The notes under the pieces are model-generated. The model did no database searches. It saw nothing but the letters and a program-made list of their open reading frames with translations, and was not told the DNA's origin. From an uncultured Chloroflexia bacterium (lineage in GTDB: Bacteria; Chloroflexota; Anaerolineae; CG2-30-64-16), in the NCBI GenBank assembly GCA_963774265.1, contig CAVZDU010000007.1, forward strand, positions 96,001 through 160,000: a DNA stretch of 64,000 nucleotides, in the 5' to 3' direction. The translations under genes were made by a program, and so were the position numbers. Shown in pieces: positions 28,959-40,653 of this stretch (position 1 is the stretch's first letter; every line of letters starts with the position of its first letter).

Positions 28959-29852
28959 CTAGGGCATATACTCCGGGCGGACCCGCCGCACTACCTCCAG
29001 CGAGGCCATTGCTTCCGGCACAGTCAACTCGAACACCAGCGGACCGCCGTATCCCGACCGGTGCAGGTGGTCGAGGAAGCGGCCCAGGTCCAGGTCGCCA
29101 CTGCCGAGGGCCTGATGGTCCTTGCCGTAGACAATATCTGTGCCGGGCATCCAGTGCGGCGAGTCGTGCAGGTGAATGTTGGCCAGCCGTGGCAGCAGCC
29201 TGTCGACTGCATCGAATAAGTCGATGGCGCCTGAAAAGCCGGACAACACGTGTCCGGTGTCCAGGCAGTACGACAGATCCAGCGCCTCGACCAGCTCCAT
29301 GGTCAGCTCAAACGGGAACTCAATTGTCTCCACCGCGAATTTGCGTGGGGCGACACCCGTCTCTCCGGCAAGCATCTTGAGGCTTTCCAATGCCCGGCCC
29401 TGGAATAGCTTCAAGATGACGAACCGTCCCACCTCGGGCAGGGCCATGCGATAGAACTCAGCGGCCAGCGAGCCGGTGGCGTGGACGACGTAAGCTTCGA
29501 CATCCAGCGGTTGCGTGGCGCGTACGACCTGCACCATCGACGCCACAGAGCCAAGGCGCACAGGCTCCAGCAGCGCGGACGGCTCGATCGACCAAAGGGG
29601 CAGGTGGACGGTGTACTTCACGCCTGTTTCGGCCTGAAGCGCCGCCAGTTTTTCGATGGCAGGCGGTGCATAGGTGTGGGGCATAAACATCACCAGGTCG
29701 CCGCCCAACTCGACCGGGTTGAATCCGTAACCGTGCAGCCGCCGGACGAGTGCGGCATGATCGAAGCCGGTGATGTGGGCCGGGATTTGAGCAGGGGCGA
29801 CGTCAGTCGGGATCAACGCGCCGATCTGCATAGCCATGATGCCAAAACGCAT
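28959..29852 (-). CDS. AP-endonuclease-2/xylose-isomerase-like TIM barrel (CbiR-like)
   Basis: VHLP, VVHATG, VETIE, CLDTGH, IHLHD, DHQALG metal-binding motifs. Confidence 0.75.
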   Translation of the reverse strand: MRFGIMAMQIGALIPTDVAPAQIPAHITGFDHAALVRRLHGYGFNPVELGGDLVMFMPHTYAPPAIEKLAALQAETGVKYTVHLPLWSIEPSALLEPVRLGSVASMVQVVRATQPLDVEAYVVHATGSLAAEFYRMALPEVGRFVILKLFQGRALESLKMLAGETGVAPRKFAVETIEFPFELTMELVEALDLSYCLDTGHVLSGFSGAIDLFDAVDRLLPRLANIHLHDSPHWMPGTDIVYGKDHQALGSGDLDLGRFLDHLHRSGYGGPLVFELTVPEAMASLEVVRRVRPEYMP

Positions 29853-30075
29853 GGGTTGCCTCGCTGCAAAGCAGCCTGGGCTGCCGTGGATAGGCAAATT
29901 ATAGCACAGACTCCAATTTGACGTTGCATGGCCTCCCGGCGAGTATCTGCCCTGACGCGCGGACATTCTCCTTTGAGCGTTTGTAATCAGCATACTTGCT
30001 AGCGTTTGTGCGCTTATGGTATTCTCCTTGTGCCATTCTTCGAAAGGCAACATTCGGTAGTGCTCAGGAGGCACG

Positions 30076-31016
30076 ATGTCCACGATGAGAGCCGTACGTA
30101 TTCATAAATACGGCGGCGTTGAAGTTCTGCAACTAGAGGACGCGCCGCGTCCTGACTTCGGTGAGGGCGAGGTACTCGTTCGCGTCTTTGCCACCTCGGT
30201 CAATCCTTTTGACTGTGCTGTCCGCGCAGGTTATATGGCTGCGTATCTCAATAACACGTTACCCTTGATCCTGGGGACAGATCTTTCCGGAGTCGTGGAG
30301 GCGGTCGGGCCCGGCGTGACGGCGTTCAAGCGCGGCGATCAGGTCTATGCGCGCGGTGGGGTGGTCCGAGACGGCGCCTACGCTGAGTATGCAGTCGTGC
30401 CAGACTCCGCCGTGGCCATGAAACCGCAGTCCCTCGATCACATCCATGCGGCGGCGCTTCCGCATGTGAGTCTTACGGCGTGGCAGGCGCTGATCGAACA
30501 GGCCAAACTAGCGGCAGGCCAGACGGTCCTGATCCATGGGGCGGCGGGTGGGGTCGGGCACGTGGCCGTGCAACTTGCCAAGGCGCGGCGGCGCGCGTGA
30601 TCGGCACGGGCTCCCGGAATCTCGATTTTGTGCGCGAACTCGGTGTGGATCAGGCGATCGATTACTCGGTCACCCCGTTCGAGAACGTCGTGCAGGATGT
30701 GGACGTCGTGCTGGACACGGTTGGGGGTGATACTCACGACCGTTCGTGGGCCGTGCTCAAGCCTGGCGGCATCCTTGTCTCGGTCATTCAGGCGCCTTCG
30801 CAGGAAGCTGCCGAGGCCCATGGCGTGCGCGCAGCGATGGTCGCCTCTTCGCCACCGATCGGGAAAGTGCTAACGGAACTGGCCGAAATGGTCGACAGCG
30901 GGAAGATCCGGCCGCACGTCTCGGTCATCTTCCCCCTGGAGCAAATGCGTGAAGCTCATCGCACTGTCGAAGGTAAGCACGCTCGCGGCAAGGTCGGCAT
31001 CCTGGTAAACCAGTAA
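30076..31016 (+). CDS. NADPH:quinone reductase/MDR family oxidoreductase; frameshift near 30590
   Basis: SVNPFD, LIHGAAGGVG, C-terminal GKHARGKV. Confidence 0.88.
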
Positions 31017-31138
31017 TTCCCACGTCGCGAAATCGTGCGCTTGCGGGCCCGAACAGGCCTTGCAGGCGCACGATTGATGTTATTGGGTGCGGTCCTCGAT
31101 CTCCCAGGCGTGATCGAGCGCGTCATTCGCTGCCACTC

Positions 31139-31600
31139 CTATCCGCCTGACCGCTCGCGCCATTTCAATATCGCCCTGGCGTGAATCGGGTAGTGGCTGT
31201 ACGAATCGAACCTGAGGCGACGCCTGAAGCGGGTCTCCTGGGTAAATTGCTCATCGGGCGCATTTCGGACGTAATCGACGAGCCGGCCGTGGGTCTCATC
31301 CAACTGACGCAGCACCTCGAGGAGTGAGAGGCTGCGCTTCTGTTGGGTCATCTGCGCGTTGAACGCATCGATGCCGCCGTACTTCACAGAATAGCGGGGT
31401 GGTCTGCCTCCTTCGTTGATGAGCGGCAGATACTTCAGCGCCTCCTCCTCCCATGTGGTGACGTGCGCCAGGATGTCCCTAACGGACCAATCCCCCATGA
31501 TACCCGGCTCAATCAGTTGCGAGTCTGATAAGCCGGCGTACGATTCTTTCAGCGCTGTCCAGGCCTTATCAAGCCGTTTGAGAAGTTGCTGCTTGTCCAT
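31139..31600 (-). CDS. DinB/ClbS-DfsB-like four-helix bundle protein
   Basis: WSVRDILAH...HY..H pattern. Confidence 0.75.
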   Translation of the reverse strand: MDKQQLLKRLDKAWTALKESYAGLSDSQLIEPGIMGDWSVRDILAHVTTWEEEALKYLPLINEGGRPPRYSVKYGGIDAFNAQMTQQKRSLSLLEVLRQLDETHGRLVDYVRNAPDEQFTQETRFRRRLRFDSYSHYPIHARAILKWRERSGG

Positions 31601-31770
31601 GATATAGGTCTTGCCTCCCAAACTCGGGCTCGAGATAACGGTGAACTTGTTACGCTCTATTATATCACCAAATTAGTCCAATAATGGCACGAGTCCCAAG
31701 GAATCTGTGGCGCAAATGAGTCTGACGCGGGGACTCTTCACTCATCGGTGCCAGACGAGAGACTAAATGG

Positions 31771-31806
31771 AGACCGGGGCGGCTCACTGACAAGCCGCCC
31801 CGGTCT
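31771..31806 (-). terminator. GC-rich hairpin after the sugar cluster
   Basis: AGACCGGGGCGGCT-N8-AGCCGCCCCGGTCT. Confidence 0.6.
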
Positions 31807-31837
31807 GGTGTCAGGTTAGGGGTTTCGCTCCCCAGAC

Positions 31838-33972
31838 TTACTTATCGGGGACGGTGGGCTTGTCGTTGTCGGTCTCGGGTGAGCCGGCGACCGGATCGGT
31901 CCAGAGCTTGCCGGCCAGATAGTCGGCCAGGTTCTCCGGGGTGACGACGACGGAGGGGGTCAGGATGATCTCGGGCACGGTTCTCACCGGCGAGGACCTT
32001 CTGCATGGTGTCGATGACGGTGACGCCCATGCGGAAGGGATCGACGCCGAGGGTGGCGGAGAACTTGCCCTGCTTGAGCAGGTCAAGGGTGGGTTGGTTG
32101 CCGTCGATGCCCACGGCGAAGAAGTCCTTGTTGATGACCTTGCCGAGCTGCTCGCCGGCCAGGCCGGCGCCGATGGCCATCTCGTCGGAGTTGCCGTAGA
32201 AGACGTCGATGTCGGGGTCCTTCTGCCAGGCGATGGTGGCGACCTCGGAGCCCTTGGTGCGCAGCCATTCAGCGGTCTGCTCGCCGACGACCTTGACGTT
32301 GGGGCAGTACTTGGTCAGGCCGGCCTTGAAGCCGCCGGTGCGGCGATGGGAGAAGATCGAGTCGATGCCGAGCAGGATGAACACCTTGCCGGTGGTCTTG
32401 TCGGCGGTGGTGTTGTACTTCTTGGCGATCAGGTCGCAGGTGGTCTTGGCGAGCTTCTCGGCGCCGCCCCACTGGTCGTAGCCGATGTAGGAGACGACCT
32501 TGCCCTCGGAGAAGGGGGTGATGAAGTTGTGGGCCAGGATCGGGACGCCCTTCTCGTTGGCGGCCTTGACCGCGGTGACGGCCGAGTCGGTGCCGATGGG
32601 GTTGATGCGAGATGGCCTGGACGCCCTTCTGCAGCAGTTGCTCGACGGTGGTGACGAAGGCCTGGAAGTCGCCTTCGATGGCCGGGGCCTGGACGTCGAG
32701 CTTCCAGCCGAGCTCCTTCGTGCGCGGCGGTCGCGCCGTCCACCATGGCGACGTGGAACGGGCTGGTCAGCGCCGGCGGCACAAAGCCGACGTATGCCTC
32801 CTTCACGCGGCCGCGGCAGCGGGCTGCGGCGGCTCTCGGGCACGGTGGGCTTGTCGTTGTCGGTTTCGGGTGCGCCGGCGACCGGCTCGGTCCAGAGCTT
32901 GCCGGCCAGGTAGTCGGCCAGGTTCTCCGGGGTGACGACGACGGACGGGGTCAGGATGATCTCGGGCACGGTCTCGCCGGCCAGGACCTTCTTCATGGTG
33001 TCGATGACGGTGACGCCCATGCGGACGGGATCGACGCCGAGGGTGGCGGAGAACTTGCCCTGCTTGAGCAGGTCAAGGGTGGGCTGGTTGCCGTCGATGC
33101 CGACGGCGAAGAAGTCCTTGTTGATGATCTTGCCGAGCTGCTCGCCGGCCAGGGCCGGCGCCGATGGCCATCTCGTCGGAGTTGCCGTAGAAGACGTCGA
33201 TGTCGGGGTCCTTCTGCCAGGCGATGGTGGCGACTTCGGAGCCCTTGGTGCGCAGCCACTCGGCGGTCTGCTCGCCGACGACCTTGACGTTGGGGCAGTA
33301 CTTGGTCAGGCCGGCCTTGAAGCCGCCGGTGCGGCGATGGGAGAAGATGCGAGTCGATGCCGAGCAGGATGAACACCTTGCCGTTGGTCTTGTCGGCGGT
33401 GGTGTTGTACTTCTTGGCGATCAGGTCGCAGGTGGTCTTGGCGAGCTTCTCGGCGCCGCCCCACTGGTCGTAGCCGATGTAGGAGACGACCTTGCCCTCG
33501 GAGAAGGGGGTGATGAAGTTGTGCGCCAGGATCGGGATGCCCTTCTCGTTGGCGGCCTTGACCGCGGTGACGGCCGAGTCGGTGCCGATGGGGTTGATCG
33601 AGATGGCCTGGACGCCCTTCTGCAGCAGTTGCTCGACGGTGGTGACGAAGGCCTGGAAGTCGCCTTCGCTGGCCGGGGCCTGGACGTCGAGCTTCCAGCC
33701 CAGTTCTTTCGAGCGGGCGGTCGCGCCGTCGACCATGGCGACGTGGAACGGGCTGGTCAGCGCGGGCGGCACAAAGCCGACGTAGGTCTTTCCCGCGCTG
33801 CTGGCGGCCGCTTCCGCGGGCTTTGGGCGGCTCTGTGGCCGCAGCCGGCGCCTGCGTAGCGGCAGGTGCTGGCTGAGCCGGGGCCTGGGTGGCAGGGGCC
33901 ACGCAGCCGATCAGCATCACAAGGATGGCGATCAGCGACGATGCGGTGAGTGACGAGTCTCTTCTGTACCAT
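31838..33972 (-). CDS. sugar ABC substrate-binding lipoprotein with two tandem RbsB-like domains; several apparent frameshifts
   Basis: AAGGAGG RBS; lipobox LIGC; two copies of [14 protein letters not shown]...NSDEMAIGA...GIDG; no stop or new RBS evident between the copies. Confidence 0.75.
31845..33784. repeat. near-identical ~950-bp tandem duplication (31845-32794 and 32836-33784)
   Basis: Direct comparison: offset about 990 bp, scattered substitutions. Confidence 0.92.
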
Positions 33973-34044
33973 GATCAGTCCTCCTTAGGTGAAGCTCGAT
34001 CAACGTACCAGCAAAGAACTCGAAGGTTTGCTGGTTCCGGTGGA

Positions 34045-35189
34045 TCATAACCGTGGTGTTTTGTATTCTTTGCGATTGAACCCTCCGGTCTCGATACAGG
34101 CGCGCCGGCTCAGGCTGCTGCCGGGCGACGCGCGCGTAACCGCGCAGCCAGGGGATTTGGCCCTGGCGGATGCCACGTCGAGCGCGACGGCCAGCACGAT
34201 GATCGCGCCGATGACGATCTCCTTGGCGTTGGATGGCACGCTCAGGTAGACCAGGCCGGCTTCGACGAGGCGCATGATGAAGACGCCGATCAGCGTGCCC
34301 CAGATGCCGCCGATGCCGCCGGACAGGGAGGTGCCGCCGATGACGACGGCGGCGACCGAGGTCAGCGTCATGTTGGTGCCGTTCTGGTAGGCGCCCGACT
34401 GCAGGCGGCCCATCACCAGGATGCCGCCGATGGCGGCCAGCAAGCCGCTGATGCCGTAGATCACGATCTTGTAGAGATCGACGTTGATGCCGGACAGCCG
34501 GGTCGCGGTCTCATTGCCGCCCATGGCATAGGTGTAGCGGCCCAGCTTGGTCTGTCGCAGCACGAACCAGGAGATGGCGTAGATGATGCAACGGCGATGA
34601 GGAACGGCATGGGGACCTTGACTGCCCGCCGACGCGTGATGGTGCCGGTGAGGAAGGTCAGGAAGGCGTCTTTCTGGATGTTGATGCCGGCGCCGCGCGT
34701 CCAGACCAGCGACGACGCCCAGCAGGATGCTGCGGAAGCCCAGCGTGACGATCAGCGGGTTCATGCTGCAGTCTTGGTGATGAGCAGGCCCTGGAACAGG
34801 CCGACCAGCGCCGCCCGCGGCCACGGCGATCAGGATGGCCTGCCACGACAGCAATGCCGTTGGCGATCTGGCCGCCGGCGACGTTGGTGCCGGCGATCAG
34901 GATGGCGGCCACCACGCCGCTGAACGACACCATGGCCTCGACCGACAGATCGATGCCGCCCGTGAGGATGACGAACGTCTGTCCGGCGGCGACGACGCCG
35001 ATGGCGGCCGCTTCCAGCGCCGAGCAGCATGATGCTGGTCGGCGAGCGAAAGGCCGGCGCGGTGACCCAGAGGATGACGCCCAGGATCAGGAGCACGACC
35101 AGCGGCCCGGTACTGCGCGATCAGCTCGCCTACGATGGACTGCCTGCGCGTCTGTGGCGCTTTCGTCGTGGTCGCCGGTCTGCGCTCAT
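34045..35189 (-). CDS. sugar ABC permease (RbsC-like); frameshifted, end approximate
   Basis: [39 protein letters not shown]. Confidence 0.82.
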
Positions 35190-35194
35190 CATGC

Positions 35195-36768
35195 TCATGC
35201 CTTCGTACGCCAGCCTGCGGTTCGAGCTGGCTGCCGGCCTGTGGCAGTCGCCAGTTCCATGATGCGTCTCTTCCGTCGGCCTCGGCCGCGGGTCAGGAAG
35301 CCGCGGACGCGGCCGCCGCCGATGACCATGATCCGGTCACTCATGCCCAGGATTTCGGGCAGCTCGGAACTGATCATCAGGATGGCCACGCCCTGCTCGC
35401 GCCAGCTCGTTGATCATTTTGTAGATCTCGACCTTGGCGCCCACGTCGATGCCGCGGGTCGGTTCGTCGAAGATCAGCACCTTCGGGCTCGGTGGCCAGC
35501 CATTTGCTCAGCACCACCTTCTGCTGTGTGCCGCCCGACAGGTTGATGGCCAGTTGATCCTGGCTGGATGCCTTGATCGCCAGGTTGTCGATGAAGCGCT
35601 GCGCCAACGTCCGCCTCTTTGCGGCGATTGGTCGACAGCCCGCGGGTCAGCCGTTCGAGCACGGCCAGCGTGATGTTTTCGCGCACGCTCATTTGCAGGC
35701 AAAGACCCTGCTGCTTGCGGTCCTCGGTCAGCAGGCCGATGCCGTGGCGGATCGCATCCTGCGGTGAGCTGATCGTGACCGGTTTGCCGTCGACATAGAA
35801 CTTGCCGCCGTCGATCGGATCGGCGCCAAAGATCGCGCGCACCAGCTCCGTCCGCCCTGCGCCGACCAGCCCGGCGATGCCCAGCACCTCGCCCGCGTAC
35901 GCCGTGAAGCTGATGTCCTGGAGGCGCGTGCCCTGGGTCAGCCCTTCGACGCGCAGCACTTCGTCGCCGCGGTCGGCCGATTCCTTCGGGAACTTCTCGG
36001 AGAGGTCGCGGCCGACCATCAGGCGGATCAGCTTGTCGACGTTCAGCTCGCTGCGCCGGCTGTGTGGTCGACCTGTGCGGCCGTCGCGCAGCACGGTGAT
36101 GCGGTCGCTCACCTCGAAGGTCTCTTCCAGGTGGTGGCTGATGTAGATCACGGAGACGCCGTGGGCGTCGCAGCTCGCGCACGATGGCAAACAGGTCGTT
36201 GATCTCGCGGATGCTAAGCGACGAGGTCGGCTCGTCCATGATGATCAGGTCGGCCTTGTGGTGCAGCGCCTTGGCCACCTCGACCATCTGCTGTTGCGCC
36301 ACGCCGAGCTTGTTGACCGGCGTGCGCGGGTCGATGTCCAGGTGCAGCTTGGCGAGCAGTTCGCGGGCCCGATCGTGCATCTCGCGACCAGTTCGAGCGC
36401 GACGCCGCTGCATGAGCTCGCTGCCCAGGAAGATGTTCTCGGTGACGGACAGATAGGGGACCTGGTTGAGTTCCTGGTAGATCGTGGCGATACCGGCAAC
36501 CTGCGCCTGGCGCGGGTGTGGTGAAGCGCACCGGTCTGGCCCTCGAAGATGACCTCACCGCCGTCGCGCTGTAGACGCCGGCCAGGATCTTCATCAGGGT
36601 GGACTTGCCGGCGCCGTTCTCGCCGACCAGCGCGTGCACTTCGCCCGGGCGGACGTCAAAGTTGACGTCGGAGAGCGCCAGCACGCCGGGGAAGCGCTTG
36701 GTGATGCCGCGCATCTCCAGCAGCGGCGGGACGGGGTTGGTTGGGTCAGGTGTTGTGCTCAAGGGCAT
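35195..36768 (-). CDS. sugar ABC ATPase (RbsA-like, two NBDs); frameshifted
   Basis: [38 protein letters not shown]. Confidence 0.88.
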
Positions 36769-36777
36769 TCACCATCC

Positions 36778-38205
36778 TTACACGTGATGGTACACATCCC
36801 AGTCCAGGTACTTTCCGAGCGCCTCATCGACCGGCTTAGCCACTTGCGACAGGTTGACCGCGGTGTGATGCTCGAAACCGTTGTCGCAGATGTAACGGAG
36901 CAAGCCCTGCAGGTTGGGGATCATCGCCACGCCATAACCGCCGAAGGTATCCAGCGGGTCGTTCGTCAGCTCGCCCTCGCCGAGGTAGGCGGAAATCATG
37001 CCGTTCAAGTCGTCGGTCGAGACACGGCAGTAAGTGAACGGCTCGGACTTGACCCGACCGACCACCGTGCCGAAGGTGTTCTCCTTGCCCACCGTGCCCG
37101 CGATGATGGCCTGGTAGTCCATGACCATGATGTCATCCGCGCGGATCGACTGGGGGACGAAGAGATCCTTGGGCAGATTGGAGCAGTGGAAGATAACGCA
37201 TTTATCAGGATCCTCGCCGTAGTTGTTGTTCCAGTCGATGAGTGCGCTGGGCTTTTGGGAGGCCAGGGCCATGGCCAGCATGCCAATCACGCCCGCGATA
37301 TCGGTCTCACACGCGGAGGGCATCAGCCCGTTGCTCATGATGCTCATCAGCGTGCATGGAACGACTCCGTAGAATTCCTCCATCGCGGTCCAACACTGAA
37401 TCGCGGAGGCGGAGAGCCTGTTTTCGGCCATCCAGTCGTCGATGACGACGCCCAGCGCGGCCATTTTCTCCAGCGCCGCCTGCGGGGTGTCACGCACGTT
37501 CACGTAGGCGCGGATCTGTTCCAGCTTCTGTGCGACTTTCGGGCTGCCCGCGACCTTGCGCGCGTGGCCGAACACCTCTGACAGGTCGATGGTTTCGGTG
37601 GAGATGCCAGCGTGTTCCAACAGCTTCTCACTGAAGCGAACGGTGATGAAGTTGGCCGGCCGCGCACCGATGAGGCCGACGCGCGCGCCCTTGAGGCCGT
37701 GGACCACGCGGCACGTCGCCACAAAGTCGTGCAGGTCCTGGCGGAAGGATGGGCTGAGGGGGTCGACGGTGTGCTGGGTCGTGAGGGTGTATTTGAACCC
37801 GTATTGCTTGAGGTTGTTGCAGGCCGACATCTTGCCGCAGAACGAGTCGCGGCGGTATTCGACGCTCATCTTGCCGACTTCATCGGGGGTGGCCTGGACA
37901 AGGATGGGCACGTTGAGCCCGGACCAGCGCATGACGTTCGCGATGGCGCGCTCATCGCCGAAGTTGGGCAGGGTCACGATGACGCCGATGATCTCTTCGC
38001 GGTGTTGCTTGAACAGATCCGCGCACTTCTGCGAGTCCGCAACGCTTTCGACACTGCCGTAGGGCGTATCGTGCGGGCCGAGCGCGATGGCCTTGATGCC
38101 TTCGCGGGCGAGCAGGTCGAGCATTGTCTGGCGGCCGGTCTCCGAAAGGTGGCCGGGGAAGAAGCCGCGGTTGCCGACGATGACGCCGAGAGTGGGTTGG
38201 TTCAT
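36778..38205 (-). CDS. L-fucose/L-arabinose isomerase family protein
   Basis: NRGFFP, PNFGDE, RRDSFCGK.S, QCW, ACETD, FHCSN, FEHH. Confidence 0.85.
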   Translation of the reverse strand: MNQPTLGVIVGNRGFFPGHLSETGRQTMLDLLAREGIKAIALGPHDTPYGSVESVADSQKCADLFKQHREEIIGVIVTLPNFGDERAIANVMRWSGLNVPILVQATPDEVGKMSVEYRRDSFCGKMSACNNLKQYGFKYTLTTQHTVDPLSPSFRQDLHDFVATCRVVHGLKGARVGLIGARPANFITVRFSEKLLEHAGISTETIDLSEVFGHARKVAGSPKVAQKLEQIRAYVNVRDTPQAALEKMAALGVVIDDWMAENRLSASAIQCWTAMEEFYGVVPCTLMSIMSNGLMPSACETDIAGVIGMLAMALASQKPSALIDWNNNYGEDPDKCVIFHCSNLPKDLFVPQSIRADDIMVMDYQAIIAGTVGKENTFGTVVGRVKSEPFTYCRVSTDDLNGMISAYLGEGELTNDPLDTFGGYGVAMIPNLQGLLRYICDNGFEHHTAVNLSQVAKPVDEALGKYLDWDVYHHV

Positions 38206-38234
38206 AGTTTGCTCCTGGTTGCTGGATGCTTTCC

Positions 38235-39740
38235 TCACGAGATGCCGCGCAGAAAGGCCTTCATCAGGGGCCAGATCTGGCGATACTTTTCGTATTGCGG
38301 CTCGTAGGCCGCGTGGACGTTTGGGCGCGGGTCGAAGGTGCGGTCGAGGGTGACCATCGTGTCGACGGCCGCATCGTACGACGGCCACACGCCCGCGCCA
38401 ACGCCCGCGATGATCGCTGCACCGAGTGCACCTGCTTCTGTGACCGCCGGGCGCACGACCGGGATGCCGAAAATGTCGGCGGTGAGCTGGAGCCAGGAGT
38501 CGGATTTGCTGCCGCCGCCGACGGCTCGACAGGTGTCGACCGCGATGCCTGCGCCGGGGAGCGCGTCGAGGACCTCGCGCTCGTAGAACGTGATGCCTTC
38601 GAGCAGCCCCTTGAGGATGTCGCCGCGCTGCGTTTCCAGCTTCAGGCCAATCAGGACGCCCGCAGAATCGTCGACGAATTCAGGGGGACCCGTGGGCGCA
38701 AAGTGGGGCAGCGCGAGGATGGAGGAGAGGCCCGGCGGCATCTCGGCGATGAGCTCGGCGTAGATGTCGCGGCCCTCGCGCTGGGCGAGCCTGCGATCCA
38801 GCGCGCCGAACGTGTCGCGGTACCACTTCAGTACGGAGCCGCCGTGGTTGAAGATAAAGCTGACATAACAGCCGGGCACGGCGTGGTGCTCGGTGTTGAG
38901 ACCCTGGCGGATCATCAGCGCCGGGTCGGGGCGCTGCTCGAACACGGGGGTCAGGCAGACATACGTGCCCATGCCATACATGGCGCGGCCAGCGCTGATG
39001 GCGCCGCAACCGACCGAATTGGCACACTGGTCGTGTGTGCCCATGGCGATGAGAACGCCGGCGGGCAGACCCAACTCGGCTGCGAGGGCAGGGGAGACGA
39101 TGCCCACGGGGGCGCCGGCCTGGCACAGGGGAGGCAGCTTCGCGCGTTCGATCCCGCCCCACGCCAGCAGCTCATCCGACCAATCCCCGCGATCCACGTC
39201 GAACAGCAGAGAGCGGTTCGCCAGCGCGTAATCGAGCGCAGGCTCGGCGCCCAGCATGAACGAGACAAAGCCAGCCCAGTGGAGCAGCAGGTCTGCAGCC
39301 TCGTACAGGCCGGGCTGATTCTCTTTCAGCCATTTCAGCTTGGGCAGGGAGTAATGGTTGCCCAGGGTGTTTCCGTTGATGCGATAGAGCGCGGGGTCGG
39401 GCAGGGCGTTTCCCAGAACATCGAGGTAGCGCGCGCCGCGCACATCGAAATTCAGGATGGAAGGACCGAGGATCTGGCGGTCAGCCGTGACAGGGACGAC
39501 GGCCTCGCCCATGGAGGAGACGGCCAGCGCACGGATGGGGTCGCCGGGCTGCTCCGCGGCCGCGCGGCGGATGGTCAGTTTGACCTTCTCCCACACCTCT
39601 ACGGAGTCGAGCTCCGCCCAGCCGGGCTGGGGTCGCTGGATGTCGTATTCTTCGTAGGCGACGGCGAGCAATCCGCCCGTCTCGGAGAAGACGGCGGATT
39701 TGCAGCCGGTGGTGCCGATGTCGATACCGAGCAGGGTCAT
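38235..39740 (-). CDS. FGGY carbohydrate kinase (xylulokinase-like)
   Basis: GIDIGTTGCK, HDQ, GGGSKS, EAGALGAA. Confidence 0.9.
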   Translation of the reverse strand: MTLLGIDIGTTGCKSAVFSETGGLLAVAYEEYDIQRPQPGWAELDSVEVWEKVKLTIRRAAAEQPGDPIRALAVSSMGEAVVPVTADRQILGPSILNFDVRGARYLDVLGNALPDPALYRINGNTLGNHYSLPKLKWLKENQPGLYEAADLLLHWAGFVSFMLGAEPALDYALANRSLLFDVDRGDWSDELLAWGGIERAKLPPLCQAGAPVGIVSPALAAELGLPAGVLIAMGTHDQCANSVGCGAISAGRAMYGMGTYVCLTPVFEQRPDPALMIRQGLNTEHHAVPGCYVSFIFNHGGSVLKWYRDTFGALDRRLAQREGRDIYAELIAEMPPGLSSILALPHFAPTGPPEFVDDSAGVLIGLKLETQRGDILKGLLEGITFYEREVLDALPGAGIAVDTCRAVGGGSKSDSWLQLTADIFGIPVVRPAVTEAGALGAAIIAGVGAGVWPSYDAAVDTMVTLDRTFDPRPNVHAAYEPQYEKYRQIWPLMKAFLRGIS

Positions 39741-40652
39741 GACGCGTGTCCTTGCACTGCGGCAGCAGTTCCGGCGATGCCAAAGAAGTCAACCAGGAGT
39801 TCTGTCGTGCGGCGGTAGACTGCTGTCTGCGCCCGGGCGACGTCGCGGTCCTGACGCAGGGGCTGCTCGTAGGCCTGACGGATTTCGGTGCCCACGTTGA
39901 CCTTCGTGATGCCCTTTTTGAACGCCCCGAGGACGTATTCCTGGCCGATTCCGGAGCCGCCGTGGAGGACCAGCGGGACGCGGGTCGCCGCGCTGAGTGC
40001 TTCGAGGCGCTCGAGGTTGAGCCGGGCCTGCACCTTCTTCTGGTCGCTGCGCGCCGGCGGCGATGGCGCCGTGGATGTTGCCGATGGCCACCGACAGCCA
40101 GTCGCAGCCGCTCTCCTGTACGAAGCGCCGCGCCTCGTCAACGTCGGTGAAGCCCTTGCCTGAGGCGAACAACTCCTCGTAGGGCGGCAGGGGGCCGGAT
40201 TCGTGCCCCATGACCGCGCCCAGCTCGGCCTCCACGGGGCGGCCGGCGGCATGGGCGACCTCCGTCACCGCACGCGTGGCCGTAATGTTGTCGGCCAGGG
40301 ACAGCCGGGATCCGTCGACCATGACGGACTCGTAACCCAGGGAGATCGCCTCCCTGATGATAGCGAGATAGTCGACCAGCGCATGGTCCTCGTCGATGAC
40401 GGGAACGTGATCGAGGTGCAGGCGAACGTGCTGCGGGTCTTGCCACCTGGCGAACTCCTCCGCGACCGCGGCCAGGCTCTTGCTCTCGAACTTCATCCAT
40501 TCGAGCCGCGCCACTTCGATGAGGGCGAAGGCGCCGGCGTCGGCGACGGCCTGGCAGACCGGTTCCATCATGGGCAGGTAGGGGATGTTGAAGGCGGGCA
40601 CGCCGATGCCCAGGCGGCGTGCATTTTGCATGATGTGGGTGACAGTGGTCAC
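39737..40652 (-). CDS. class II ketose-(bis)phosphate aldolase; frameshift near 40060
   Basis: HLDH, SVMVDGS, VEAELG, GNIHG, LVLHGGSG, KVNVGT. Confidence 0.88.
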
Positions 40653-40653
40653 G

